This document shows positions 30,980 through 41,010 of a DNA stretch of 64,000 bases, piece after piece. Below the pieces are notes generated by a model. It was not told where the DNA came from. It made no database searches and saw only the letters and a program-made list of their open reading frames with translations. Numbering within the stretch: position 1 is the stretch's first letter; each line of letters opens with the position of its first letter. The stretch comes from Chloroflexia bacterium (GTDB taxonomy: Bacteria; Chloroflexota; Chloroflexia; DTKN01): contig DAOTVY010000064.1 in the NCBI GenBank assembly GCA_034436115.1, positions 21,235 through 85,234 on the forward strand. The letters run 5' to 3'. Both the position numbers and the translations under genes were made by a program.

Positions 30980-31330
30980 TCCTTGCAGGGGGCCTCCGCC
31001 CCCTGGCCGTGCGACGCGGGGAGCATCTGCCCATCTCGCGCCGCTCCGGAGGCCGTTTTGGCGCCGCCGCCGCTGGTCCGGCTACAAGGCTGCTTACAAT
31101 GCCTGCGGCCTGGCCGGGTGCGTCCCCTTCGTGCTGCACGTGCCAGTGGCTACGACGGGGCAGCGACCCGGGCAAGCGGCGCGACCCCTCCATCCCCTGG
31201 ATGGGCCGCGAATCGCTGACCGGTCGGTGTGGCGCTCCCTGGAGAGGAGGAGGCCTCGCTTCGGTACGCCGGTTGACGCGGGGTATGGGATATGTTATAG
31301 TGCGGGCAAATCCCGTAGGGAAACCGAAGC

Positions 31331-33235
31331 ATGTCCCTTCGTGTGACCTTTCTACCCCAACGCCTGACCGTGGAGGTGCCTCTCGGGACGACGATCCTGG
31401 AGGCGGCCGCACGGGCCGGGATCGAGATCGCTGCGCCCTGCGGAGGCCAGGGCCGCTGTGGGCGCTGTCGCGTCCAGCTGGAAGAAGGGCTGGTCGACCA
31501 GCCGGAGAATGCGCACCTCTCGGCTGCAGACCGGGCCGAAGGATATGTCCTGGCGTGCCAGGCGCGGCTCCTGGGGCCGGCCTCGGTACGGGTACCGGAG
31601 GCGGTGCCGCTGGAACGGGTGGTCGCGGGAGTCGGGGTGACCGATTTCCAGGCCCTGAGTCCGGCCTGCGACTGGAAGCATTCGCCGACCCTTCAGGTGC
31701 TCTATGTGGAGTGCGATCCCCCCTCCCTTGCGGACAACACGAACGACCTGGACCGCCTCCGCCGCGCGCTGTCGCAACGGCACGGGGTTGCGCCGGTCGA
31801 GATCGGCCTTCCCCTGTTGCGCATGCTCCCGCAGCGGCTGCGGGCCGAGGGGTGGCGCGTCACGACGGTCCTGGAACCGCGGGAGGGAGGATTTCGGCTG
31901 GTCGACGTGCTCCCGGGGCGGCCCCCGGAGCGTGTGTACGGTGCCGCAGTGGATATCGGCACCACCACGGTGAAACTCTTCCTGGTGGACATGCTCACCG
32001 GCGAAGTGGTGGACAGCGCCTCGGCCTACAACGCTCAGATCTCCCGGGGGGAGGACATCATCTCCCGCATCATCTTTTCCCAGAAAGAGGGGGGATTGGA
32101 GCACCTGCAGCGCCTGGCGCTCAAGACGATCAACGGTTTGCTCGCCGAGGTGGCGCGGCGGCAGGGCATCGACCTGCGGCAGATCCAGGCGTTCTCCGCC
32201 GCCGGCAACACCACGATGACCCAACTCTTCCTCGGGGTGAACCCCAAATACATCCGGGAGGAGCCCTATCTTCCGACGATGGCCCACGCCCCCCGCATGA
32301 CCGCGGGCGAGGTCGGCCTGGCGATCAACCCGAACGCGCCGGTGTACTGCGCCCCTTGCGTGGGGGCCTATGTGGGTGGGGATATCGTGGCCGGCGTGCT
32401 CAGTTCCGGCATGTACCGGACGGATCGCCTGACCCTCTTTATCGACGTGGGGACGAACGGGGAGATCGTCCTGGGAAACAGCGACTGGCTGATCGCCTGT
32501 GCCTGCTCGGCCGGCCCGGCCTTCGAGGGTGCGGGCGTGCGCTGTGGCATGCGGGCGACCGACGGGGCGATCGATGAGGTGATCATCGATGGCCGGACGC
32601 TGGAGGCGACCTATCGCGTCATCGGTGGGACCGAGCCCCAGGGGATCTGCGGTTCGGGGTTGCTTTCGGCCCTGGCAGAACTGTTCGTGACGGGGGTCGT
32701 GGACAAGGCTGGTCGCATTCGGCGCGATCTCCCTTCCCCGCGCATCCGGATGGGGGAGCACGGCCCGGAGTATGTGATCGCTTGGGGTAGGGACGGCCGA
32801 CCGGACATCGTGCTCACCGAAGTGGACATCAACAACTTGATCCGCGCCAAAGGGGCGATCTACGCTGGCTTTTCCATCCTCCTGCGGAGCCTGGAGCTCG
32901 ATTTCTCGATGGTCGAGCAGATCCTCATCGCCGGTTCCTTCGGCCAGTACATCAACATCGAGAAGGCGATCCAGATCGGCCTGCTCCCCGACCTGCCGTG
33001 GGATCGCTTCCGGTACCTGGGCAACACCTCCCTCTTGGGGGCCTACCAGACCCTCCTCTGTCAGGAAAGCCGGGATATTGCCGACCAGATCGCCGCCCGA
33101 ATGACTTACCTGGAACTATCGGCCGATAACCGCTTCATGCACGAATATACCTCCGCCCTTTTCCTCCCGCATACGGACCTGGAAGCTTTCCCCTCTGTGA
33201 AGGCTCTCCTCCAACGGGTGCGCTCCTTTGCCTGA
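31331..33235 (+). CDS. ASKHA-domain (DUF4445) protein with N-terminal plant-type [2Fe-2S] ferredoxin domain; RACo-like reductive activator of corrinoid enzymes
   Basis: N-terminal CGGQGRCGRCRV...LACQA ferredoxin, then an acetate/sugar-kinase-like fold (DIGTTTVKLFLVD, AGNTTMTQLFLG). The 634-aa size matches RACo. Confidence 0.65.
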   Translation: MSLRVTFLPQRLTVEVPLGTTILEAAARAGIEIAAPCGGQGRCGRCRVQLEEGLVDQPENAHLSAADRAEGYVLACQARLLGPASVRVPEAVPLERVVAGVGVTDFQALSPACDWKHSPTLQVLYVECDPPSLADNTNDLDRLRRALSQRHGVAPVEIGLPLLRMLPQRLRAEGWRVTTVLEPREGGFRLVDVLPGRPPERVYGAAVDIGTTTVKLFLVDMLTGEVVDSASAYNAQISRGEDIISRIIFSQKEGGLEHLQRLALKTINGLLAEVARRQGIDLRQIQAFSAAGNTTMTQLFLGVNPKYIREEPYLPTMAHAPRMTAGEVGLAINPNAPVYCAPCVGAYVGGDIVAGVLSSGMYRTDRLTLFIDVGTNGEIVLGNSDWLIACACSAGPAFEGAGVRCGMRATDGAIDEVIIDGRTLEATYRVIGGTEPQGICGSGLLSALAELFVTGVVDKAGRIRRDLPSPRIRMGEHGPEYVIAWGRDGRPDIVLTEVDINNLIRAKGAIYAGFSILLRSLELDFSMVEQILIAGSFGQYINIEKAIQIGLLPDLPWDRFRYLGNTSLLGAYQTLLCQESRDIADQIAARMTYLELSADNRFMHEYTSALFLPHTDLEAFPSVKALLQRVRSFA

Positions 33236-33300
33236 TCCGCCCGGGCGGCCCGCCCAGTGTTATGGTATAATACCTCCGACACCGTTTGCGAGGGACGAGC

Positions 33301-35130
33301 GTGTCCAACCGCCCGGAATTCGAGGAACGCTTGCGCGCCCTTCCGGAACAGCCGGGGGTCTATCTGTTCAAGGACGCCCAGGGCAAGATCCTCTATGTCG
33401 GCAAGTCGGTGTCCCTGCGCAACCGCGTGCGGGCCTATTTCGGGTCGCCGCACAACCTGGATGCCAAGACGCGCGAACTCGTCGCCCGCATCGCCGATTT
33501 CGATATCATCCTCACGGACAACGAGCTGGAAGCGCTGATCCTCGAAAGCACCCTGATCAAGGAGCACAAACCCCGCTACAACATCTCCCTGCGCGACGAC
33601 AAGGGGTACCCGTTCATCAAGGTGACGCTGAACGAGGAGTGGCCGAGGGTCATCAAGGTACGCCGTGTGGAGGACGATGGGGCGCGCTACTTCGGCCCCT
33701 ACTCGAGCGCTGGCTCCGTGAACCGCACGCTGGAGCTGTTGAAAAAGACCTTCCCCTACCGAGGTTGCGATGAACGGATCGATGGGCGCCGCAAACGCCC
33801 CTGCCTGGACTACCACATCGGCCGCTGTCTGGCTCCATGCGTGGGCCTGGCGGATCGTGCCGCTTACATGGAGGCGATCCACCAGGTCATCCTTTTCCTC
33901 GAGGGGAAGGGAGACCAAGTGGTGCGACGGGTGCGGCGGCAGATGGAGGAGGCGGCGGCGGCGCTGGAGTTCGAGCGGGCCGCGCTGCTGCGCGATCAGC
34001 TGAACGACCTGGAGCACGTGCTGGAACGCCAGAAGGTCGTGTCCATGGTCGCCGGGGATAGCGATGTGATCGCCTTTGCCCGGGACGACGGGGAAGCGTG
34101 CGTGCAGGTCTTTTTCATCCGGCGCGGTCGCCTCATCGGGAACGAGACGTTCGTCCTTCAGGGGACGGCCGAGGCGGAGCCGCAGGAGATCATGGCTTCG
34201 TTCGTCACCCAGTTCTACCAGACCGCGGCGCAGGTGCCCCCGACCATCCTCCTGCAGCACGAGTTGGCCGACCGTCGGGTGATCGAGGAGTGGCTGCAGC
34301 GGAAGCGGGGAGGGAGGGTCGCCCTCCGGGTCCCACGGCAGGGAGAGAAACGCCAACTCGTGGAGCTCGTAGCGCGGAATGCCGGGGAGGCGCTTGAGCA
34401 GATGCGCCTGAAGTGGTTGAGCGAGCGCCAGCGCCAGGCGGGGGCACTGGCTGAGCTGCGCGACCTGTTGGGCCTGTCGGCCATGCCGAGGCGCATCGAA
34501 GGATTCGACATCTCCACCCTGCAGGGAGCAGCGGCTGTGGGGAGCATGGTGGTCTTTGTAGATGGGGCCCCCAGGCGCAACGCCTATCGGCGCTTTCAGA
34601 TCCGCACCGTGGCCGGCCAGGACGATTACGCGATGCTGCAGGAGGTGCTCAGACGCCGCTTCCGCCACGTTCCCCAGACCGCCGAGGCGGACGAGGCCTG
34701 GGAATTGCCCGACCTGGTGCTCGTGGACGGGGGACGTGGGCAGGTGAATGCCGCGGCGCAGGTGCTTCAGGAGGCGGGAATGGGCCACCTCCCCTTGCTC
34801 GGCTTGGCCAAGCGGGAGGAAACCGTCCACGTAGCGACGCGGCCTGAACCGCTGCTCCTGCCGCGCGATTCGACGGCCCTTTACCTCCTGCAGCGCATCC
34901 GCGACGAGGCGCATCGTTTCGCCATCACCTACCACCGCGCGCGGAGGGAGAAAGAAGTCGTCTCTTCCCGGTTGGAGGAAATCCCCGGCATCGGCCCGCG
35001 CCGCCGCGCCGCGCTGCTCCGGCGGTTTGGGAGTATCGATGCCATTCGCCAGGCCACCGTAGAGGAACTGGCGGCCGTGCCGGGCATGAACCGGGCTGTG
35101 GCACAACGGCTAAAGGAGCTTCTCGGTTGA
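33301..35130 (+). CDS. uvrC: Excinuclease ABC subunit C
   Basis: GIY-YIG domain (PGVYLFKD...ILYVGKS), UvrBC-interacting region and a C-terminal (HhH)2 domain. The GTG start is preceded by an extended -10 TGgTATAAT. Confidence 0.95.
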   Translation: MSNRPEFEERLRALPEQPGVYLFKDAQGKILYVGKSVSLRNRVRAYFGSPHNLDAKTRELVARIADFDIILTDNELEALILESTLIKEHKPRYNISLRDDKGYPFIKVTLNEEWPRVIKVRRVEDDGARYFGPYSSAGSVNRTLELLKKTFPYRGCDERIDGRRKRPCLDYHIGRCLAPCVGLADRAAYMEAIHQVILFLEGKGDQVVRRVRRQMEEAAAALEFERAALLRDQLNDLEHVLERQKVVSMVAGDSDVIAFARDDGEACVQVFFIRRGRLIGNETFVLQGTAEAEPQEIMASFVTQFYQTAAQVPPTILLQHELADRRVIEEWLQRKRGGRVALRVPRQGEKRQLVELVARNAGEALEQMRLKWLSERQRQAGALAELRDLLGLSAMPRRIEGFDISTLQGAAAVGSMVVFVDGAPRRNAYRRFQIRTVAGQDDYAMLQEVLRRRFRHVPQTAEADEAWELPDLVLVDGGRGQVNAAAQVLQEAGMGHLPLLGLAKREETVHVATRPEPLLLPRDSTALYLLQRIRDEAHRFAITYHRARREKEVVSSRLEEIPGIGPRRRAALLRRFGSIDAIRQATVEELAAVPGMNRAVAQRLKELLG

Positions 35131-37319
35131 GGCCAAGTGCGGTACGTCCTCCAGCGGTGCGACAGGCCCAGCAACCGCGTCACCGCTTTTGGCGCGATAG
35201 CTACATGGTGACGGTCACGGCTTTGGCACTGGCGCTGCTGGGGTGGCACTGGGAAGCCTGGCAAGGCACGGACGCTGAAGCGTGGCTCCTCTTCCTGGCT
35301 TTGGCCCTCGGTGCCGAAATCCTGGGCGTAACGCTCCCGAACGGCGCGCGCATCGTGTTCGGTATGGTGGTGGCCCTGCCGGCCACGGTGCTCTTCGGTC
35401 CGCTCCCCGGGGCGAGCGTGGGCGCGGCATCCAGCCTCCTGTGGCGGATCGCGCGCTCGTTGTGGCGGGAGCGGCGCTTTCCCTCCCCTTTGGTCGCTGG
35501 CTTTGCGGCCTCGCAGTACCTGATCGGCTATGCCCTCGCGGGTGCGGTCTACCATGCTTTGGCCCCGGGCACGGCCGCTTTGGCACCGACCGTGGGCGCC
35601 TATGTGTTTGCCGCCTTTGCCTTCAAGGCGATCAACGCGCTGCTGGTCGATCAGGCCTACAACCGCCTGCGTGGTTCCTATAGCCGCGAGCGCTTTATCA
35701 CCACCTTGGGCATCGAGAGCGCGATCCACCTGGCTACGGCCCCGCTCGGGCTGCTCCTGGTTTTGGTGTATCGCCTCCATGGCATCCCGGGCGCGCTGCT
35801 TAGCTTTGCGTCCATGGTCATCGCGGGTTTTGCCATCCGTCGCTACGTGCAGGTGCAAGAGCTGAACCGCCTGCTGGAGCAGCGGGCCACGCAGATGGCC
35901 CAGATCCTGCGCATCAGTGAGACGTTGCGTACCGATCTCGAACTGGACGCCCTTCTACGGCGCATCGTGGAAGCGGTCCACCACAGTTTGGGCTTTCGCG
36001 TGGTGCTGCTGAGCCTGCTGGATGAGGAGAACGGCTGTTTTATGCGCCGTGCGGCGGCTGGGCTTACGTCGGAAGAGTACGCGGCTCTGGAAGCGCAGCC
36101 CGTGCCGCGCCGGGAAGTCGAGCGTTTTCTCGAAGAACGCTTCCGGGTGGGCCACTGCTATCTGGTGTGCCACGAGGCCGGAGAGCGGAGCCCCTATAGT
36201 TACGTCCTCCGGCTCCCTGTGCGTACGGACCCCGGTGCCTGGCATCCAGAAGACCTCCTTCTGGTGCCGCTCTATGGGCGCCAGGGAGAGTTGATCGGGG
36301 TTATGTCGGTGGACGATCCGCTGGACGGACGCCGCCCGCAGCCAGAGACCTTGCGCGCACTGGAGATCTTTGCCCATCAGGCCGCTCAGGCGATCGAGAA
36401 CGCCCGCCTGTATCACGAACTGCGGGAACGCTACCGTTCCCTGGAGGAAGCCCACCGCGCGATTCGCGAGGCGCAGGAGGAGCTGGCACGCTACAGCCGT
36501 TCGTTGGAAGAGATGGTCGCGCAGCGGACGGCGCAGCTCGAGGAACGGAGCCGTCAGCTCGAAGACGCCCTGCAGCGGGCCAGGGAGGCCGATCGGATCA
36601 AGGGCGAGTTTCTCGCCACCATGAGCCACGAGCTGCGCACCCCGCTGAACGCGATCATCGGCTTTTCCCGCGTCATCCTGAACCGGATCGATGGGCCGCT
36701 GACCGAACTCCAGGAAGCCGACCTGCGCACCATCTACCACAGCGGCCTCCACCTGCTCGGCCTGATCAACGACATCCTGGACCTTTCCAAGATCGAGGCA
36801 GGCTATCTGGAGCTGCGTCGCGAAGCCTGTGCTCTGAGTCCCTTGATCCAGGAAGCGTTGGACAGCTGTGCCGCGCTGGCACTGGAGCGGCCGATCGCTT
36901 TGCAGGAAGAGGTGCCGGCCGACCTTCCCCTGGTCGATGCCGACCCCACCCGTGTGCGCCAGATCTTGCTGAACCTGCTCAGCAACGCCATCCGATATAC
37001 CGAACGCGGCCAGGTCGTCGTTCGGGCCCGTCTTCAGGAGGGCGAGGTCGTGGTCAGCGTCCGCGACACCGGCGTAGGCATCCCGCCGGACCAACTCGAC
37101 CGGGTATTCGAGCCTTTCCGCCAGGCGAGCCAGGCCCTGGGGGCTCAGGGCATGGGGACCGGGCTGGGGCTGGCGATCAGCCGCCGGCTGGTGGAGATGC
37201 ACGGGGGCCGTATCTGGGTGGAAAGCGAGGTGGGTCGCGGTTCCACTTTCTTTTTCACGCTCCCGATCGCTAAAGTCCGGGGGGAGCTGCAGGGCGAGTC
37301 CCCGGTATGGGCGAGGTGA
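35127..37319 (+). CDS. Membrane sensor histidine kinase (multi-TM N-terminal domain + GAF + HisKA + HATPase_c)
   Basis: H-box [19 protein letters not shown], with N/G1/G2 boxes, and a GAF region upstream. The start is either the TTG at 35127 (TTGA overlap with uvrC) or the ATG at 35205 (MVTVTAL). Confidence 0.8.
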   Translation: MRPSAVRPPAVRQAQQPRHRFWRDSYMVTVTALALALLGWHWEAWQGTDAEAWLLFLALALGAEILGVTLPNGARIVFGMVVALPATVLFGPLPGASVGAASSLLWRIARSLWRERRFPSPLVAGFAASQYLIGYALAGAVYHALAPGTAALAPTVGAYVFAAFAFKAINALLVDQAYNRLRGSYSRERFITTLGIESAIHLATAPLGLLLVLVYRLHGIPGALLSFASMVIAGFAIRRYVQVQELNRLLEQRATQMAQILRISETLRTDLELDALLRRIVEAVHHSLGFRVVLLSLLDEENGCFMRRAAAGLTSEEYAALEAQPVPRREVERFLEERFRVGHCYLVCHEAGERSPYSYVLRLPVRTDPGAWHPEDLLLVPLYGRQGELIGVMSVDDPLDGRRPQPETLRALEIFAHQAAQAIENARLYHELRERYRSLEEAHRAIREAQEELARYSRSLEEMVAQRTAQLEERSRQLEDALQRAREADRIKGEFLATMSHELRTPLNAIIGFSRVILNRIDGPLTELQEADLRTIYHSGLHLLGLINDILDLSKIEAGYLELRREACALSPLIQEALDSCAALALERPIALQEEVPADLPLVDADPTRVRQILLNLLSNAIRYTERGQVVVRARLQEGEVVVSVRDTGVGIPPDQLDRVFEPFRQASQALGAQGMGTGLGLAISRRLVEMHGGRIWVESEVGRGSTFFFTLPIAKVRGELQGESPVWAR

Positions 37320-37323
37320 GACC

Positions 37324-38151
37324 GTGCCGGGATGGAGCGTATGGCGCCTGGCCTGGGGAGCCGTGCTCAGCCTGACGATCGCTGGACTTGCCCGGCGATG
37401 GCGCGCGCTTTCGCGCGATGGCTTTTGGGGGGCGCTGCTGACGGGAACCTTGACCCTGGGGTTTGGCGGTTGGGCCTGGGGGGTGGCGCTGGTCGCCTTT
37501 TTCCTCACCTCGACCGCGCTCACCCGCTGGCACAGGGAAAGCAAAGCGGCATTGGCGCGTTTCGGAGCGAAAGGGGGCGAACGCGACCTTGGCCAGGTCC
37601 TGGCGAACGGAGGGGTGGCGGCTCTGCTTGCCGTGCTTTCGGCCCTGCTTTCGCAGCGGCTGGTTGCGGTCGCCTTTGCCGGGTCCCTTGCCGCAGCCAC
37701 AGCGGATACCTGGGCCACCGAGGTGGGCGTGCTGAGCCGCACGCCACCGCGCCGTATTGTCGACGGCCGCGTGGTGCCTCCCGGGACGTCGGGAGGGGTG
37801 ACCCCGATGGGCTGGCTGGCCGGAGCCGCTGGAGCGCTCTTTCTTCCCGCCTTTTTCTTCCTGCTCGCGCGGGGGGAAGCGGCGCTCGCCGGCCTGCCGG
37901 CCCTGCCGGTGAGGGATGCGCTCCCCGCTGCCCTGGGGGGTGTGGTGGGGATGACCGTCGACAGCCTGCTCGGGGCGACGTTGCAGGGGTGCTATCGTTG
38001 CCCGGCCTGCGGGGAGATGACGGAGCGCCGGGTGCACTGCGGCCGGCCGGCGCTCCGGCAGCGGGGATGGGCGTGGCTGGACAACGACGGGGTCAACCTG
38101 GCGGCCACGATCACCGGCGCCCTGGTCGCAACCGCCTGCGCCTGGGGATGA
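37324..38151 (+). CDS. DUF92 (TMEM19-like) integral membrane protein with C-terminal Cys4 zinc ribbon
   Basis: Hydrophobic. Motifs GGVT.MGWLAG and DSLLGATLQ. C-terminus CYRCPACGEMTERRVHCG. Confidence 0.65.
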   Translation: MPGWSVWRLAWGAVLSLTIAGLARRWRALSRDGFWGALLTGTLTLGFGGWAWGVALVAFFLTSTALTRWHRESKAALARFGAKGGERDLGQVLANGGVAALLAVLSALLSQRLVAVAFAGSLAAATADTWATEVGVLSRTPPRRIVDGRVVPPGTSGGVTPMGWLAGAAGALFLPAFFFLLARGEAALAGLPALPVRDALPAALGGVVGMTVDSLLGATLQGCYRCPACGEMTERRVHCGRPALRQRGWAWLDNDGVNLAATITGALVATACAWG

Positions 38152-38153
38152 GC

Positions 38154-38182
38154 TTGACGAAATTCGTCATTTGTGGTAGACT
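38154..38182 (+). promoter_or_regulatory. Putative hydrogenase-operon promoter TTGACG-17-TAGACT (extended TGg), overlapped by the 15-bp palindrome TGACGAAATTCGTCA (38155-38169)
   Basis: Hexamers with 17-nt spacing. A perfect 7-1-7 palindrome covers the -35 and spacer. Confidence 0.5.
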
Positions 38183-38321
38183 TCACACGGAACAGGGCCT
38201 CAGCGAGGAGGTGGTGTTAGATGGAAGTCCAGGACAATGGTGTCTTGGCAGATGGACACAGTGCTTTCCCGCCGCGGAAAGTAACTGTGGTTTTTTTGTG
38301 AGTCCAGGTTAGGAGGCGATC

Positions 38322-39356
38322 ATGGCCCTTTTTGTTCTGCCCAAGGAACGGGTGGCCGACTGGGTGCGGCAGTTGATGGCCGAGTACGAGGTCGTGGGTC
38401 CAGTGGCGAAGGACGGTGCTTTCGTTTTCGCTCCATTGGAGGGGCCGGAAGCGCTCCGGCTGGACTACCCGATCACCCTGCAGTCGCCCAAGGCGTTCCT
38501 CTTTCCTCCTGAAGAGACGCTGCTGCGCTTCCGCCGTGGCAGCCCTCCGGAGGTCGAGCCGGTGCGCGACGCGCGTCCGCGCGTCCTCTTCGGTGTCCAT
38601 CCCTGCGACTTGAACGCGACCTGGCTGTTGGACCTGGCTTTCTCGCAGGATACGCTGGATACCCCCTATATGGAGCGGCGTGGGCGCACCCTGATCGTCG
38701 GTCTGGACTGCCTGAAGCCGTGCGATGCCCATTCGTTTTGCAAGAGCATGGGGTCGCTTGAGGTGACCGGCGGGTACGATCTCTTCCTGACGGACCTGGG
38801 CGATGCCTACGCGGTCGAGGTGGGCACCGATGCGGGCCAGGCGTTGCTCGAGCGTGCGGAGGGAGCCCAGCCAGCTACGGAGGCGGATATCGCTCGCCTG
38901 AACCTGGTTCTGAGCGAGAAATGGCCCCGCTTCCCCTTGCGGCTCGACCTGGACCCCAAGGACTTGGCGAGCATCATGGAGCTCACCTACGATAGCCCGC
39001 TCTGGGAGGAACTGGCCCAGAAGTGTCTGGGGTGCGGCTCCTGCAACCTGGTCTGCCCGACCTGCTACTGCTTCGACGTTCAGGACCGGCTGGGGCTGGA
39101 CCTGCGCTCGGGCAAGCGGGTACGGCTGTGGGACGGCTGTATGCTGCGCGACTTTGCACGCGTGGCTTCGGGAGAGAACTTTCGCGAGCACCGTTCTGCC
39201 CGCCTACGCCACCGTTTCTACCGCAAGGGGAAGTACCTCCTGGAGGACTATGGGCGCGTCGGGTGTGTGGGCTGCGGACGGTGCGTGCGCGCCTGCCTGG
39301 TGAAGATCGACCCGGTGGAGGTCTTTAACGCCCTGAAGGCTGCCTGCACCGTCTAA
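38322..39356 (+). CDS. hydB: Cytoplasmic [NiFe]-hydrogenase (group 3b/sulfhydrogenase-like) beta subunit, 4Fe-4S protein
   Basis: VLFGVHPCDLNA...CLGCGSCNLVCPTCYCFD...CVGCGRCVRACLVKID. The first gene of a beta-gamma-delta-alpha operon. Confidence 0.7.
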   Translation: MALFVLPKERVADWVRQLMAEYEVVGPVAKDGAFVFAPLEGPEALRLDYPITLQSPKAFLFPPEETLLRFRRGSPPEVEPVRDARPRVLFGVHPCDLNATWLLDLAFSQDTLDTPYMERRGRTLIVGLDCLKPCDAHSFCKSMGSLEVTGGYDLFLTDLGDAYAVEVGTDAGQALLERAEGAQPATEADIARLNLVLSEKWPRFPLRLDLDPKDLASIMELTYDSPLWEELAQKCLGCGSCNLVCPTCYCFDVQDRLGLDLRSGKRVRLWDGCMLRDFARVASGENFREHRSARLRHRFYRKGKYLLEDYGRVGCVGCGRCVRACLVKIDPVEVFNALKAACTV

Positions 39357-39394
39357 GCGGTCGATCGTTAGGCCGGATTGAGGAGGAGCCGACC

Positions 39395-40237
39395 ATGGTC
39401 GAACAAACCCCAACGAGCGGATCGCTGTACCTGCCCCGTATGGCGGAGGTGCTCCGCATCCGGACGCTCACGGAGAAGGAGAAGGTATTCACCCTCCGCC
39501 TGGAACAGGGCCAGTCGCTGGCCCACCAGCCGGGGCAGTTTGTAGAAGTTTCCCTTTTCGGCATCGGCGAGGCCCCGATCTCCGTTTCCTCTTCTCCCAC
39601 GCGCAACGGCACCTTCGAGCTGTGTGTGCGTGCGGTGGGCGATGTGACTAATGCCATGCACCGCCTCCAGGAGGGAGACTGGGTTGGGATTCGGGGGCCT
39701 TTTGGGCACGGCTTTCCGGTGGCCAAGATGCGCGGCAAGGACCTCTTGTTTGCCGCCGGGGGCCTGGGGTTGGCCCCGTTGCGCTCGCTGATCCAGTTTG
39801 TCTTGGATGAGCGGCCGTCCTTCGGGCGGGTGATCATCCTCTACGGCGCGCGCAACCCCGGGGAGCTCCTCTTCCGCGACGAGCTGGAAGAGTGGGCGCA
39901 CCGAAACGACGTGGAGTTCCACCTCACGGTCGACCGCGCGGATGCCTCCTGGACCGGCCACGTCGGCGTGATCACTACCCTCTTCCCGAAGGTCGCGGTG
40001 AATCCCCGGAGCACCGTAGCCGTGACCTGTGGACCGCCGATCATGTACCGGTTCGTGTTGATCGAGCTTTTGGCCAAGGGCCTGCCGGAGAACCAGATCT
40101 ACCTCTCCCTGGAGCGCCGGATGAAGTGTGGGGTCGGGAAATGCGGCCACTGCCAGATCAACGGCGTCTACTGCTGCCAGGAGGGGCCTGTCTTCTCGTA
40201 CGCCCAGGTGAAAGGGCTGAAGGAGGCGATCGGATGA
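39395..40237 (+). CDS. hydG: Hydrogenase gamma subunit: FAD/NAD(P)-binding oxidoreductase with C-terminal [2Fe-2S] (sulfhydrogenase gamma/anaerobic sulfite reductase B-like)
   Basis: Ferredoxin-reductase-type fold (RPSFGRVIILYGARNPGELLF) and C-terminal CGVGKCGHCQINGVYCCQEGPVF. Confidence 0.8.
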   Translation: MVEQTPTSGSLYLPRMAEVLRIRTLTEKEKVFTLRLEQGQSLAHQPGQFVEVSLFGIGEAPISVSSSPTRNGTFELCVRAVGDVTNAMHRLQEGDWVGIRGPFGHGFPVAKMRGKDLLFAAGGLGLAPLRSLIQFVLDERPSFGRVIILYGARNPGELLFRDELEEWAHRNDVEFHLTVDRADASWTGHVGVITTLFPKVAVNPRSTVAVTCGPPIMYRFVLIELLAKGLPENQIYLSLERRMKCGVGKCGHCQINGVYCCQEGPVFSYAQVKGLKEAIG

Positions 40238-41010
40238 AGCCGAAGGTGGCCGTCTTCGAGTTCGGCTGCTGCGAGGGATGCCAGCTGCAGATCGTGAACC
40301 TGGAGGAGGAGCTGCTCGACCTCCTTGGCGTGGTGGAGGTGGTAACGTGGCGGGAAGCGATGAGCGAGCAGTCCGAGACCTTTGACATCGCCCTGGTCGA
40401 AGGCTCGATCACCCGTGAGGAGGAGATCGAGCGGCTGCGCGGCATCCGAGAGCGGGCGAAGGTGCTCGTGGCCATCGGCGCCTGTGCTTGCATCGGTGGC
40501 ATCAACTGCATGAAGAACCGCTTCGACCTGGAAGAGGTTCGTCGCTACGTCTACGGCGAGCACGCCCAATGGTTCGATACCATCGCCACCCGGCCCCTGA
40601 GTGCGGTCGTCCCGGTGGATGCCGAGGTGCCGGGTTGCCCCATCAACCGCCAGGAACTGGTGGAGATCGTCAAAGCCTTGCTCTTGGGGAAGAGGCCGGC
40701 CTTGCCCACTTATGCCGTCTGCGTCGAGTGCAAGCGCCGCAACAACGTGTGCGTCTTTGACCGGGGCCTGGTGTGCCTGGGGCCGGTCACGCGCGCCGGT
40801 TGCAACGCCATCTGCCCCACTTACGGCAACCGCTGCGTCGGCTGCCGGGGGCTGGTGCCCGACCCGAACCTGAACTCCCATCGTGAGGTGCTCGCCCAGC
40901 ATGGCCTTTCTCCGGAGGACATCCTGCGCTTCTTCCACCTGTACGGGGGGTGCCTGCCGGAGATCGGCTGCCTGCAGGGGGCCTTGGAAGCATCTGGAGG
41001 ACGGCCATGA
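40234..41010 (+). CDS. hydD: [NiFe]-hydrogenase small (delta) subunit
   Basis: MKPKVAVFEFGCCEGCQLQIVN, the NuoB/20-kDa-like proximal cluster ligands. ATGA overlap with the gamma gene. Confidence 0.85.
   Translation: MKPKVAVFEFGCCEGCQLQIVNLEEELLDLLGVVEVVTWREAMSEQSETFDIALVEGSITREEEIERLRGIRERAKVLVAIGACACIGGINCMKNRFDLEEVRRYVYGEHAQWFDTIATRPLSAVVPVDAEVPGCPINRQELVEIVKALLLGKRPALPTYAVCVECKRRNNVCVFDRGLVCLGPVTRAGCNAICPTYGNRCVGCRGLVPDPNLNSHREVLAQHGLSPEDILRFFHLYGGCLPEIGCLQGALEASGGRP

Noticed and set aside
28876-31026. 716-aa minus-strand ORF across cinA-C, the M16 peptidase and the repeat region
   Set aside because: Antisense to well-supported plus-strand genes. The translation is Arg/Pro/Gly-rich with no recognisable motifs. 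A typical high-GC antisense artefact.
31352-32761. 469-aa minus-strand ORF antisense to the RACo-like gene; also 50499-51884, 52882-54408, 56235-57239, 57297-58670, 40821-42278, 44296-45798, 46312-47568, 20472-21668 and similar
   Set aside because: All lie opposite genes with strong family signatures and translate to Arg/Gly/Pro/Ala-rich sequences, which is expected by chance at ~67% GC.
33106-35106. 666-aa minus-strand ORF antisense to uvrC
   Set aside because: uvrC on the plus strand is unambiguous. Antisense high-GC artefact.
35955-37742. 595-aa minus-strand ORF antisense to the GAF histidine kinase
   Set aside because: Same reasoning. The plus-strand kinase has complete H/N/G boxes and the antisense product is low-complexity.
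38160-38182. Possible Rex box TTGTGGTAGACTTCACAC upstream of the hydrogenase operon
   Set aside because: The half-sites resemble TTGTGA/TCACAA, but the spacing is 2 nt shorter than the Rex 20-bp operator. It is better explained as the spacer and -10 (TGgTAGACT) of the promoter.
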